64,000 nucleotides of DNA from Callorhinchus milii (GCF_018977255.1 NW_024704742.1:31808001-31872000), one strand, 5' to 3'. Positions 26,411-38,874 are shown, counted from the first letter of the stretch. The notes: generated by a model from the sequence alone, not told the origin. A program made the numbers and translations.

Positions 26411-26847
26411 ATGAGTATGTATGAGTATACAGTCATAGCATACAGATGCAGAAAACTGGCATCAAAACTAAGTCTGTATTGAAGAATTTGCCAAATTCTG
26501 GACACTCTAAAATGCGACATAAACTGCACTCTAAAATGCAACCGTAAATCTAATAGAAAAGTAAGTTTCATTTGGTTTGCATAGCAAAGCATCATATCTA
26601 TTCTATGACTGCCTGTATTTTACATTACCCTCTGTTTAGAAATCCAACCTTCTATCTCTTTCCACATACTCACTGCGTAATCATGACATACTCACCACAT
26701 ACCCACCACACACCTATCCACGTGCCCACATATTTATCCACATACCCATTGTATACTCATATATCCACAGATTTATCCACATATTCACCACATACTCATA
26801 CATGTACCACACACAAAGTCACCCACACACCCACAACAAAGCCTAGT

Positions 26848-26913
26848 GGATTCCTGTAGCGTAGTGGTTGGAGAACTCACCTCGCAAGCGAGAGGACCCA
26901 GGTTCTATTCAGG
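26848..26913 (+). mobile_element. Isolated tRNA(Ala)-like SINE head
   Basis: ggattcctgtagcgtagtggttggagaactcacctcgcaagcgagaggacccaggttc. Confidence 0.75.
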
Positions 26914-26959
26914 TCATACAAAAACATATACATTTTTTCTGTAATATTAATGTCTGTGT

Positions 26960-27418
26960 ATTGTAGGTGTAAAGGCAATGTCACACAAACACTAATGAAA
27001 TGAATGACTAATTTTATTTGGAGGGCAAACTCCCTTCTCTTTTTGACTTGTGCCACAGGATCGCTAATGTCCACTTGAGCAAGAGGACCTGGACTTCAGT
27101 TTAATATCTAATCTGAAAGAAGATGTCTCTGACAATGCAGAGCTACTGCACCACTGCACTGGAGTGTCAGCCTGAGCTATGAGCTCAAAACCCCAACGTG
27201 GAGCTTGAGCTTACAACCAGCTAACTCATCAAGAATAAAATTACAGTTGCATGTCAGGAGGAGTTGCCAAGGCATTGGACAATCAGTCTTTTGGACTCAG
27301 AAGCAAGAGTGCAACTAACTAAGCCATTAAAGCACTTGTAAAGTCAGGCTGACACTTCTAAAGGCCAGGCTGACACTTGTAAAGCCAGGCTGACACTTGT
27401 AAAGCCAAGCTGACACTC
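26960..27418 (-). mobile_element. Old Deu-domain SINE whose 5' end is tandemly amplified
   Basis: Deu core and head in reverse complement; about four 20-bp units at 27333-27418. Confidence 0.7.
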
Positions 27419-28327
27419 ATCTATTAACCAAGTAATAACAAACATATTTTCAAGTGGAGGCATTGAGTGCGCAATTGATGCCGCGTTTCGGCCGCAAAAT
27501 AAACAGTCAATTCACTTTACAGTAAATCCTGTGAAGCACTTTAAGACATCTCAAAGCCGTGATAAGGCGCTATATCAAAAGGTAAGGATTCTTCTTCTTA
27601 TTATTATTAATATTTCCGGGTCCTTCAACCTTCAGGATTACTTAAGTTATCTTCAGGATATTTGGGGCCCTTTTCTTGGGATCAGCCCTTTCTCTTTGGG
27701 CAGCCTTAGGAATCAATTCCAGGTGGTTATTTTGTGGTTTGCCCGCTTGCTGTATGCGTGTGGTCTGCCATTTTCTAGCTCATTGATGTGTGCAATCACT
27801 TTAAATGGATGATTTGCATTGTTTTGTAGCCAGTGTTAATTTCTCCACTGTAATCTAATTAGCGAAATTCTCATATGCATTTAATGAAAACTAGGAAATT
27901 AAATACATTTCTGTGAGCACATGTGTTTTGTGTCATTTGCATTCCATCATGCTGCCAATATTGTTGTGTGTGGGCGACATTCACACTGAAAGGAAGCTTT
28001 CATAATTTGATGTCAGTGTTCAGGACACCAACTAATTACAGAGTATTGTCTCTAGTTCTCTGATCTGAGTGAGAAGTTATAGCTTCTTTGTAGTCTAAAG
28101 CATGAATCTGAAATGAGAGACAGCGACTGCAGCTTATTAAAGAAATTATTCAAAAAGCAACTTTTTCTTCTTTTTTTTGAGCTTCATGTGTACTGTGGGT
28201 TTAGTAGAAACTAAGGCATAGTGACAATGCTCAACATTTCCTTTACCTTCCAAGTACAATTTTCCATTGTTCCTCTTTTACCTTTTGCCTTATTTTCTAG
28301 CCTCTCACACTCAGTTTTCTTTTCCCT

Positions 28328-28616
28328 TCAGAATCAGGGGTTGTGGGTTTAAGCCCCACGTCAGGACTTTGAACTCACAGTCTAAAACTCCAATGTTGGA
28401 GTGTGCTTCATCGTGGGAGATGCCATCTTTCAGATGAGACATTAAACCGAGATCCTGTCTGTCTCTTCAGGTGGACATTAACGATCACATAGGCCTTATT
28501 TGAAAGAGAAGGGAGTTTTTCCCTACATCCTGGCCAACTGTTCCCAGATAAAATTGGTCATTCATTTTATGGCTGTTTGTGGGACATTGCTGTCTTCAAA
28601 TTGGCTGCTGCGTTTG
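28328..28616 (+). mobile_element. Old Deu-domain SINE, tail missing
   Basis: cagatgagacattaaaccgagatcctgtctgtctcttcaggtggac...ttggctgctgcgttt. Confidence 0.78.
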
Positions 28617-29595
28617 AGAATGGTAGAGTGGGTATTGTGAAGGGATGAGATCAGATGGACTGAAGGGCCTGCTTCATCCAGACCAATCTTTTGACATCCA
28701 TCAAAAAATCAGTAAAAGAAAAATTAGATTTTCCAAGTTATGACTGGATTTTCCAAGGTATTTGATAAAGTTACACACTTGAGAATTTTCAAGCAGGTTA
28801 ATGGTCGTTAATGGAATTAGATATTTGGGGTGAAAACTGGTTTAAGAATAAAGAAGAATGAAGTGATGATAAATGGAAAAAATCTCCAACAGGGGGGCAA
28901 TAACAACGCAGTTACAATACGGCCTATATTCTGACTTATACAGTCTCTGCAGTTCACATTTCTAGAGCCACATATTATCCATTTACACGTTCGCTTATCT
29001 ACGTCGGACTTCACTGACAGCAAGTTGTGTACAGACACAACACAAGGTTGCTTCATTTATAATTTTAGCTGTGCAGTGCGGCTAAACCAGCAACATGTGG
29101 TAACTGTTCATCAATTTGTGGTAGGTACAGTGCATTTACAGTTAGAGACGGAGAGAAAGAGAAAAAGTTGTGGGAGATGGAAACAAAATCAGAGTCAGGG
29201 AATAAAAAAATAGAGAGAGGAATAGATAGTTAGTCAGAGAGAGTAAGAAAGGTTGGCACAGCATAATATAATTGCAGATAAAAGAGGGTTTCACTTATTA
29301 CTGCAGTCAATTTCTATTGTACATGATATATTAGGCACATTGTTTGCATACACATAGTCAGTATGATATCAGGCTCTGTTTTCATGAATAACCTTAAGCA
29401 GATGAAACATGGTACTATGAAATTAGCAAGGCTATTTGGATAGGTAAATATAAGAGGGATAAATGACATCCGTGAAAATCTGGACTTGCAATTAACCTAA
29501 ATATCTCTACCAAGATCTAATAAACTGGTGGAACAGTCTCAGTAGCTGAATGGCCTCCTCCTGTTCCTGTTTTCTAATGTGCACTCAGTAAAGGG

Positions 29596-31473
29596 GTGCC
29601 CCTTTACTCCAGGATAATCCTGGAGGCGAAGAACAACCCCAGGCTACTGTTTTCCACCACATCCCGACTCCTCCGTCCCCCCCGCCACCCCGCGCAGGTC
29701 ATCTCCTCCAACCTTCACTGCGAGGAGATGCTGGATTTCCTTGAATCCAAGATCAAGGGAATCCGCTCCGCGGTCACTTCCCCTCCAACTTCCACCCACC
29801 ACCCACCCCTTCCCTCCCACACTCCGACTCCTACCCATCCTCCCCTACACACCTTCGTACCCGTTTCCCCACCCTCTGTCACTGAACTCATCCTATCCCT
29901 AAAACCAACCACCTGCTCCCTTGACCCCATCCCCACTCCACTCCTTATCTCCCAGCTCCATTTTCTTGCCCCACACATCACTGACATCATAAACCTGTCC
30001 CTCTCCTCTGGCTCTGTCCCCATTCCATTAAAAACTGCCATCATCACGCCCACCCTGAAAAAACCCTCCCTTGATGCGTCGCAGCTATCAAGCTACCGGC
30101 CCATCTCCAACCTCCCCTTTCTCTCCAAGGTCTTGGAAAGAGTTGTCGCCTCCCAACTGCGCTCTTTCCTCTCCACCCATTCTCTTTTCGAACCCCTTCA
30201 GTCAGGTTTCCGTGCTGCTCATAGCACAGAAACTGCCCTGGTCAAGGTCACCAATGATATCCTGACCATCTGTGACCAGGGCTCCCTCTGTCTCCTCGTC
30301 CTCCTCGACCTATCGGCAGCATTCGATACGGTCGACCACGCTATCCTACTCCACCGCTTGTCCTCCCACCTCAACCTTCAAGGCACTGTCCTTGAATGGT
30401 TTAGCTCTTACCTTTCCCACCGTCTTCACTTCGTCTCAACGAATGGCTTCTCCTCCACCCCCCGTACTGTCTCATGTGGTGTCCCTCAGGGCTCTGTCCT
30501 CGGTCCCCTCCTCTTCACCCTCTATATGCTCCCCCTTGGTGACATCATCCGCAAACATGGGGTTAACTTCCACATGTATGCGGATGACACCCAACTCTAC
30601 CTTTCCTCCTCTACTCTCAACTCCACGACCACCGATGTCCTGACAGCCTGCCTGTCCGACATCGAGTCCTGGACGAGAGACAACTTTCTTCAGCTCAACG
30701 TGCGAAAAACCGAGGCCCTCCTGATTGGCTCACGTCAGCGCCTCCGCACCTCAGGCGCTGACACCATCAGCATCCAAGGCTGCACTCTCCACCTCTCAAA
30801 GCCAGTCAGGAACCTCGGCGTTTTGTTCGACCCTGAGCTGTCCTTTCTCCCTCACATCCGCACCACAACTGGCACCGCCTTCCATCACCTCCGGAATATC
30901 GCCAGATTACGGCACTACCTCACCCCTCACGCTGCTGAAACCCTGGTTCACGCCTTTGTCACCTCAAGGCTGGACTATGGGAACTCTCTCCTCGCCGGCC
31001 TTCCCGGCACCTCCCTCCACAAGCTGCAGGTCATTCAGAACTCTGCAGCTCGTGTACTGTCCCGCACCAGGCTTCTCGACCACATCACTCCCACCCTCGC
31101 TCGCCTCCACTGGCTCCCCATCCCCCAGAGGATTGATTTCAAGATCCTCATCCTCACCTACAAGGCCATTCACGGCCTTGCTCCCTCCTACCTCTCCAAC
31201 CTACTATCCCCCTACCTACCTGCCCGTACCCTCCGTTCCTCTGGCTCCGGTCTGCTCCACGTCCCCCGCCCCAACCGCCCTACTATCGGTGGTCGGGCCT
31301 TCAGCCTCTCAGCCCCCAGGCTCTGGAACTCCATCCCCCAGTGCCTTCGCCTTGCTTCCTCCCTTTCCTCCTTCAAGGCCGGTCTCAAAACCTTTCTCTT
31401 TGACCGTGCCTTCAGCTCCCCTCTCGACTCTCTTCCTCCTCCTCGCTCCCTCCCTTCCCTCCCCTCACCCTGA
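29596..31473 (+). CDS. L2-clade LINE ORF2 reverse transcriptase, 5'-truncated (no endonuclease domain, no true ATG; ORF-track start is a flanking GTG)
   Basis: Open for 625 codons; [62 protein letters not shown] (30577-30588), [29 protein letters not shown]. Confidence 0.95.
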   Translation: MPLYSRIILEAKNNPRLLFSTTSRLLRPPRHPAQVISSNLHCEEMLDFLESKIKGIRSAVTSPPTSTHHPPLPSHTPTPTHPPLHTFVPVSPPSVTELILSLKPTTCSLDPIPTPLLISQLHFLAPHITDIINLSLSSGSVPIPLKTAIITPTLKKPSLDASQLSSYRPISNLPFLSKVLERVVASQLRSFLSTHSLFEPLQSGFRAAHSTETALVKVTNDILTICDQGSLCLLVLLDLSAAFDTVDHAILLHRLSSHLNLQGTVLEWFSSYLSHRLHFVSTNGFSSTPRTVSCGVPQGSVLGPLLFTLYMLPLGDIIRKHGVNFHMYADDTQLYLSSSTLNSTTTDVLTACLSDIESWTRDNFLQLNVRKTEALLIGSRQRLRTSGADTISIQGCTLHLSKPVRNLGVLFDPELSFLPHIRTTTGTAFHHLRNIARLRHYLTPHAAETLVHAFVTSRLDYGNSLLAGLPGTSLHKLQVIQNSAARVLSRTRLLDHITPTLARLHWLPIPQRIDFKILILTYKAIHGLAPSYLSNLLSPYLPARTLRSSGSGLLHVPRPNRPTIGGRAFSLSAPRLWNSIPQCLRLASSLSSFKAGLKTFLFDRAFSSPLDSLPPPRSLPSLPSP

Positions 31474-31624
31474 CCATTTTCCCCCCTCCTCTCTCCCTCC
31501 CTTCCCTCCCCCACCCTGACCATTTCCCTCCTGCTCGGGTCATGACCCAACTGTGCAGCGCCTTGGGACGTCCTCCTGACGTGAAAGGCGCTCTATAAAT
31601 GGAATCTTGTTGTTGTTGTTGTTG
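29602..31624 (+). mobile_element. Young L2 LINE copy with 3' stem-loop and (TTG)n tail; probable TSD tgccc
   Basis: Uninterrupted RT ORF; tail gcgccttgggacgtcctcctgacgtgaaaggcgc + (ttg)n; tgccc at 29597-29601 and 31623-31627. Confidence 0.95.
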
Positions 31625-32819
31625 CCCATTAGAAGAGGTGGAGAAGGTAAAAGATTGGAGTGTGATCATTGATCATTGCAAACAAAGCTGCTGCCAAAAA
31701 AGCTAATCAAATCATAATTATGCTAATTATGATGGGAATTGCCATGCTAGTCAAAGCAATAATGTTGTTTTTAGTGATCATTGTACGTTAGATCCCTTGA
31801 AGTCAAAAGAAGTACAGGTCAATGGTCAGCCCACATTTGGAATATCGGTAGGTGCTGTTTGGAGCAATTGTTGGTGATTTCTTTGATAGATCCATTTTGG
31901 GACAGGGAGCCAGTGGAACCTGACTAACACTGGGGGGTGATGGGTGTACAGATTTTAGTGTGGGTGAGGATATGGGCAACAGGGTTCTGAATTAATTAAT
32001 GAATTTGTAAATGGCAACAAGATGAATGATTAAAAGTCTGATTCTGATGAAAGCAATAAGGGAGGAATATTAGTCAGATCATTGGAAGAAGTCACTGGTC
32101 TTTTAGTAAATATTCCAATGGGATCTTTGCCATCCCCCTGAATCAACAGAGTGGGTGGGCAGGTTTAATATTATCGTTTTACAATAATAATAATAATACT
32201 TGCATCTGATACAGCGCTTTATCACGTTTTGTGAGGCCAACCTACGAGGATGGCAAAAAGACAAGTCTATTCTCGTGTGATCCTAAGTTTGTTTTGTGCC
32301 TTTATGGGAATTACTAAAGACAACAATTCTGCTTTATACACAAATGTCTTGATCCGATTGAGTGACTTTCATTTTACTATGCGAGTGCTGATCCTCTGAA
32401 TCAGGATTAATTGAAAGGTGCATACTAACTGGAGTCAATGCTCCAAATAAATTGGCTTATCAACTATAACAAGATGCCTGGATGACTAGCTCAGAGTTAT
32501 TTGTGAGAGGTTGCCAATTACACATTAATATCTGCATTACTCATAGGCATTACTGTAGCATTACTCACTGATGCTGTAGTAGTTTCAGTGGTAATCTTTC
32601 TATCAATTCTCTGATCTGGAAAGTCATTCTGAGTTCAGGAAAACTCAAAGTTCCTCTCAACTTTAAAATAATCTATATTATTGTGTTGAATGGCCAAAGA
32701 TACAGCACCAATGGAGTTTGAGTCATCATGAATGGTGCTGGAGCGCCTCTTGGGAACAATATAATTGGGTCAAAATCAGACATAAATAGGTGTATGAGTA
32801 CTTTTGTACCACCTACAAA

Positions 32820-33010
32820 AAGCAACATCTTGCATTTATATAGCGCTCTTCATGCGGAATAGAGTCTCAGAGCGCTTAATAATGATGGATCTTGATGTAG
32901 AGCCAGAGGGACAGGGGAGGTGGAAGAGGAAGATTTTCAGGCATGATTTGAAGATGGGCAAGGAGGAGGCAAGGTGAAGCGAATGAGGCAAAGAGTTTTA
33001 GAGTTTAAGA
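32820..33010 (-). mobile_element. L2 3' fragment (second tail type)
   Basis: cttgcatttatatagcgctcttcatgcggaatagagtctcagagcgcttaataatg; matches 39191-39366 and 63795-64000. Confidence 0.7.
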
Positions 33011-33684
33011 GCATCACAATAAGTCACTGTAAATACTTATGAAGTGCTTTGAGGTGTTCAGACTTGATAAGGTGTGATCACCACTGCAAATTCTTTATTT
33101 TGTGACAAAATGTGTCCTGTAATTGTTGTCTTGTAAAAGTGGCTGTAACAATAGTCTCACTTTGGTCCTTCAACCTCATAATAATTCTCCACCCCCCCAC
33201 CCCTGGTTTACCAATTCCATTACTGTAATGGAAAAAATCTCCAGTTTGATTTAAACATAAGGAAAGCAGGTTGCTAGGTTTGTTTGTAGTACTAGCCACA
33301 TGCTGGGGTAGAATCATTCCAATGCGCCAGGCCTTTTATTGCCTTAATATTACATTTCCCTCCAACCTATTTCTTCAGTCTCCACTACATGTGGTTCAAG
33401 ATATCAGAAGCAGGCACAATCTTTCTTGGTGCATTTCCTAAATAAACTGTACCACATCTAAATGAAACATCTCCTTTGAAGGATCAACATCCCGGTAACC
33501 AAGATTGAAAGTGTTAATATCAGTTAAAGGGATTTTTCTTTGCCTGTTCAGATATTCCAGGGGGGAGGGAGGCAAGATTATCCCTAGCACTGTCCAGCAG
33601 GTGGGAAGTGCCACAGCCAACTGCAGCTTGGCATGGAAGGGGCTATCTGACAGGGTAGTTAGGGAGCTCAACATGTCAATGAAA

Positions 33685-33880
33685 AACAACAAATTACATT
33701 TGTATTACACCTTTCAAGTCGGGAGGACGTCCCAAGGTGCTGGACAGTCAAGGATTTGTACCTGAACTGGAGGTTGGGATCAGGAGGGGTGGAGAGCAGG
33801 GAGGGTTGGTGACCAATAGGACAGTTGAAGAAGAAAGTCTTGAGACATCTAGCAATCATGCAAAGGGAAGGTGGTTCCCA
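33685..33880 (-). mobile_element. L2 3' fragment
   Basis: Tail stem-loop gtcgggaggacgtcccaagg and 3' UTR. Confidence 0.78.
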
Positions 33881-34296
33881 ATTCTGGGGCATACAATGTT
33901 ACGCCTCACCTGGGCACCAGCATTATAATAGCTCGCGGGCAGGCGCTGTTCCATTCTGCATTTGTGTGCTCTGGCCACACCTCTTTATGCTGTGTCCTGC
34001 ATCACAAACCCCGTTAGTCTCCTGCACAATAGCTCTGAAAAGTCATAGTTGGTGAGCGAAACTATTCTTTGGGGAGGGTGGGGTGAGCTGAGTAAAACTC
34101 AGTTAAATGGCTCATTCCCTTTAAGACAGGTGAGCGATTGGCTTGACTGACAGGTCCATCAGCCAGTCAGAAGTGGGCCGGCACTAACTAATTAGGAGAG
34201 GGGCAAGAGGGGTCCATGGGTGCCGCAGACTGTGGCTGCTCAGACGACTGGCTATGGTCTTCCTCAGGGCTTAATGCTTTCCCCTCCCATCTCCTC

Positions 34297-34663
34297 TTTT
34301 TTTTGGCCAGCCAGGTGGCTGACACATTTGGAAACCCATCACCACACTTAAGAATATACAAACCAAACTGAGATTTCCATGCATCATCTACACATGGAAA
34401 TCCCAGAGACAGATTGTTAGAATGCAATGTACACTCTCTCCTCGGAGGGACACATCCTTCTTACCCAATTCCAGAAAGTATTAGGCGCAGGTTGGCAACA
34501 GCCAATGCTTGGGGACCCCAGAGTGTGCGTTGGATTACTGGGTTACTGGTGGAGCCTAACCAGTTCAAACCCCATAGCTTGCTATTGATATTGCAGTCTG
34601 GCAAGCTTTCCCGCTGCTTGTCCAGGTAGGACCACCCTATCAGTTAGGATTTTGGCTTGCAGG
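34297..34663 (-). repeat. Unclassified interspersed repeat family X, with T8 (A-tail on minus strand)
   Basis: Colinear with 12437-12745 and 53153-53410. Confidence 0.78.
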
Positions 34664-34999
34664 CTGGAAGATAAAAGCTCCTATTCACAAAATGTAATAG
34701 TCATATCCATTAGCTAAAACAACAGAAAAGCCACTCATTAGCATATTGATAGAACCTACATGCATAAATATCATTCAAAACATTTGTAAAATTCTCTTCC
34801 TGCTGGGAAGGACAGAGAAAAATAAAAGGTAATACAGAAATATTACAATAATTAATGACAATAAAAGTATTATACAGTGACATTTCTTTGCCACTAGAAA
34901 CCATTACATGTTGTAAATGTACAGTGGTCTTAAATCACTTGGAAAGTATGCAATTCACAGAGTAAAGTACTGCTTGTCCACAGATAAATAATAATACAT

Positions 35000-35361
35000 A
35001 ATAATAATAAACCTTGCATTTTATATAGCGCCTTATCACGTCTTCGAGAAGTCTCAAGGTGCTTCACAGAATATTCTGTAAAGTAAATTGATTGTGTATT
35101 TAGTGGGAGAAACACAGCAGCCAATTACACACAGCAGTGTCCCACAAACAGGCGTGGATTGAGTCAGCAAACTATTATTATTTTATGAAAGAATTATTAC
35201 CCCTGGAAAAACGATCCGCCAATCAACCAACAACCGGGTTCCTACTTACTGCTAAGTACTGTGTGTGGAGTAAGGAAACTTGCCTAAGGTTTCGTCCTGC
35301 CCAGGAATTAAATCCAGGTCCTCTCGATTGCGAGGCTCTAACCAATAAACTTCAGGCCTCC
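35000..35361 (-). mobile_element. tRNA(Ala)-headed SINE, long variant
   Basis: Reverse complement of head, extra segment and tail. Confidence 0.85.
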
Positions 35362-37236
35362 AGAGAGCCTGTTATTCAGAGCCAATTCGGGATTCCCAAT
35401 TATAATGGGATATCTTTAACGCTGAGAAAAAGACCTACAAAATGCAATTGTAGAATTTTACTCTCCAAATTTCATCAAGCATTTGATTGGAGTTTCTCTA
35501 CTTACATGTATATCCATGGCTGAGACTGATGCAACATTGCATTGTCAGTAAAGGAATCATTGGCTCGATGTTCCTTTAACACAAAACACAACATGTAACG
35601 GAAACGGAAAGGAAAGTGCAGGAGAGTATTTTCCGTTCTCAGTGCTTCCCCCTTATCTATCGAAAAATAATATACTTATACAATAGGTTTATTGCCTCAT
35701 GTAAAATTCCGTTCATGGTGACGAATCACAGACACACACCAGTTCTTCCACGTCGCTTGCAGTTCCAGTGACACCAGTGACACAAATGGTTGTGGAAGCA
35801 GAGTCCATAGTGCATTTCAAGGAAAATTGGATAAATAAATGAGGAAAAATAATGCTAATAGTTATGTGGAAAGTGCAGAGTGATGGTTTACAATAGATTA
35901 TTACCCTCAAATAATTATAAATAATAATTAAATAACTGTTATTTATAATGTGTAATATAAAGATTTATTTTAAAGAATAGGATGATTGTTCTTTTTCCCA
36001 TTGGGAACCTAATAACGGTCTAAAACAGTGCCTGTAGACTCATAATCCAAATCCCAAATATACTTTTGCTTCATAGTTTTTGCCCAGCAGTTTTTGGTTT
36101 GAGTCTCTTTCATCTTGGTGAAGGTAAATCAAAACCATTTTTTAAAAAAAATTCCCCCACGTGCTGTGGACAAGATATCAAATGATTTTTGGTTTGCATG
36201 AGACAGTTTTCTTTTCTATTTTAATATGTAAAGGAATGAAGACATTTCTAGGTCTCCTGCAGGGAGGTGCAGCAGAATGCTTGTACCCTGCAGGAGGGAG
36301 ACCTGGCATGCACACATTATAGACTCCAGCCCTTGGGAAATGGTTAACAACAAGAACGGGGATCACTATCATTTCAATAGTTCTCTTTCTCCTGCCCAAC
36401 CTCACTGTGACAGTTTAATGATTTTGTCTCACTGGTGTTAATAAGGTGTTAGTCATCTTTCCCTAGGCAACTATCTAAATAATAACAATACTAATCCTTT
36501 CATTTGATACAGCGGCTATCTTTTCAGGAGAATGTCTCAAAGTGCTTCACAGAATTTATCTCAAAGTGCAATGACAGGTCATCATGCTAGCCAATTTGGA
36601 CACAGCAATGTCTCACCAAACATCTCTTAATAAAAGTTTCAATTCTCATACCCCTTGGATAATCCAGTGGCAACATTCACAAAGACGCAACAGATAAAAT
36701 ACCAATCTCTCAAGTGAAACTGGAATGTGATATAATATGCATTGGAGATGAAGGGCATCATCTCTACTTTTTGGTGGAATAAAAAATATAATAATGATTG
36801 GTTCAATGTGTATTTGCTCACATAAGAGCAGATTACAATAAGCATCTAAGTTCTTCAACGGTTTCATATTTGGTGAATGTAGAGCGGGGTATATGTCACA
36901 ACCTCTGTTTGCTCCTAGAATACAGTACACAGCATGTTAAACTTTCAAAGACATCTAGACTGAAGCTCCCCAGTCTCCCTATATGGGTTCTTCTTTGTCC
37001 GTGCCTACGGTCACCTCCCCCCAGCTCGGTGTCAGGCTCTGCCACTGTTAAGCGCTCTGAGACATTACCCTGCATGAAGAGTGTGATATAAATGCAAGTT
37101 ATTGTTGTTATTAACAAGGAGAATACGTCACAAGCTTTTCTGTAAAGGTCCTCCCAAAATACTGAAAGCAGATGCCCGCCAGATTGCTGATGAGGAAACT
37201 CTGAGGCTTGGGACGACAGCTGCTGGGCGGTGTTAC

Positions 37237-37355
37237 CTGGAATCTGAATTTGTGAACACACATTCGTACGTCCAGCGCTTGGAATCCACTTGATTGGCCT
37301 TCAGGGAGACCAGCAGTTGCTGCTTAAACTCCGTATCTCCAACTGGTGGAACCAT
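37237..37355 (-). CDS. Candidate first coding exon of an unidentified host gene (exon 37384-37237)
   Basis: Acceptor ttgtcttcctgtccgcag, donor CAG|gtaaca, Kozak-like gcaATGG with an in-frame stop just upstream, 39 codons + 2 nt open; CpG-richer than the background; product not recognised. Confidence 0.3.
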
Positions 37356-37584
37356 TGCTCAATGAAAAGGGGTGTGTGCCCGAGCTGCGGACAGGAAGAC
37401 AATTGTAATGCTCTCATGCATTTCATGCTGAGATGTATTGCCCACTAGGAAGCTCGCAGGGAGTTCCTTGTACCTACCATTCATCTAGCAAGGGCTCAAA
37501 CCTGCGCTTGTTGGACGTCGAACGACCAACAAGTGACTATCTTCCTTGGGGGAGAGGTGGGGTGGGAAGGTAAGCAGGGTCTCA

Positions 37585-38325
37585 TTGGAGCTGAACTGGT
37601 TCCAAGGTGACATACCAATGTTGGAATCGTGCCAGTCCTCTGTGGCGTCTCGGTAGTCCGGTTCTTGAGCTACGGGATCCGCAGAATTCCAGGACAGCAT
37701 ACGCGGCAGGAATCCCCAAGCCTTGGCTCTTGCCAACCTGCGCTTAATACTTTCCAGAATTGGGTAAGCAGGATACATCACTTCCAGGGAGAGAGCGCGC
37801 ATTGCATTCCAACAATCCATCTCTGGGATTTACATGTGTAATAATGATCCTTGCATTTGATATAGCACCTTATCATGTCTTCGAGACGTCTCAAAGCGCT
37901 TCACAGAATATACTGTAAAGTAAATTGACTGTATATTTTGTGGGCGAAACGCAGCAGCCAATTGCGCACAGAAAGTCGCGGATTGAGTGACCAATTTATT
38001 GTTGTTTATTGTTATTATTTATTTAGTTATTTATTGAAGAAATTATTATCCCTGGAAAAGCAATCTGCCAATCTATTAACAACCTGGTTCCTACTTACTG
38101 CTCAGTAAACAGAGGCGTGTGAAGTAAGGAAACTTGCCCAACATTTCGCCCTGCCGGAAATCGAATCCAGGTCTCTCACTTGCGAAGCAAATGCTCTAAC
38201 CACTGAGCTCCAGGCCTCCAATGCATGGTAGGTGGGATGCATGGAAATCTCAGCTTGGTTTGGATACTCTTAAGCATGGTGATGGGTTTTCACATGTGTC
38301 AGACATCTGTCCGGCTGACCAAAAA
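37585..38325 (+). repeat. Repeat family X copy split by a SINE insertion
   Basis: Sequence resumes at 38220 (ggtgggatgcatggaaatctcag...) and ends ggctgaccaaaaa. Confidence 0.78.
37839..38219 (-). mobile_element. tRNA(Ala)-headed SINE, long variant, nested in family X
   Basis: Full reverse-complement copy from tail to head. Confidence 0.9.
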
Positions 38326-38874
38326 CGATTTGTTGGCAGATGTTCGTCAGAGACTTGTTAATTCTTCACATTGTGGGGAGAGGCTGGTCAGAGACTGATG
38401 AATTCTTCATATGGAGAGAAGGGGAAGCAGAGGAATATCCATTGGTAGACATATCTTATTCCTATATAAAAGCCCAAGTGAATTTTCTTAAATTGCTTTC
38501 TTCTTCACGCCAATATAATGCTAAAAATAGGATCTTTCCCACTTATTTTACCGCTCAGCTACAAACATCTGCCTGATCATATCTTTTATGACCAGGGGAG
38601 GCGAGATGTTGTGGGTGGAGGGAAAGAGGGCAGGTTTGAATAATAGGGATGGAAGTGTATTGTTGAACTCTTGAAGGTTAAGAATGGCTGGAGTTAAGTC
38701 TATCATAGTGTAGATATTGTGCGTCTGTGGAAGGAATGGGCCTGATTACTCCTTCATCATGCTTTTATTTTCTGTTAATTGTTAGCCAGTATTCAATCAA
38801 ACCATTTTAATTTCCTATTTCATTAGCCTTCATTTTGTTTAAAAACCTCGACCAGGATTTATTATATTTGGAGT

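Noticed and set aside
26660..26840. His/Thr/Pro-rich ORF
   Set aside because: Low-complexity CA-rich tract
30725..31519. 264-aa Ser/Pro-rich overlapping ORF and the antisense ORFs in the L2
   Set aside because: Shadow frames of C-rich L2 sequence; non-ATG start; no recognisable domain
34414..34629. Homologous peptides (YPIPESIRRRLA / YPILESIKRRLA) as a conserved protein
   Set aside because: Reflects DNA homology among family X copies; other copies have stops or shifts and I recognise no domain
34760..34802. Minus-strand 43-nt exon after a strong polypyrimidine tract (QEENFTNVLNDIYA)
   Set aside because: Weak donor, and the phase is incompatible with the 37.3 kb candidate; no other support
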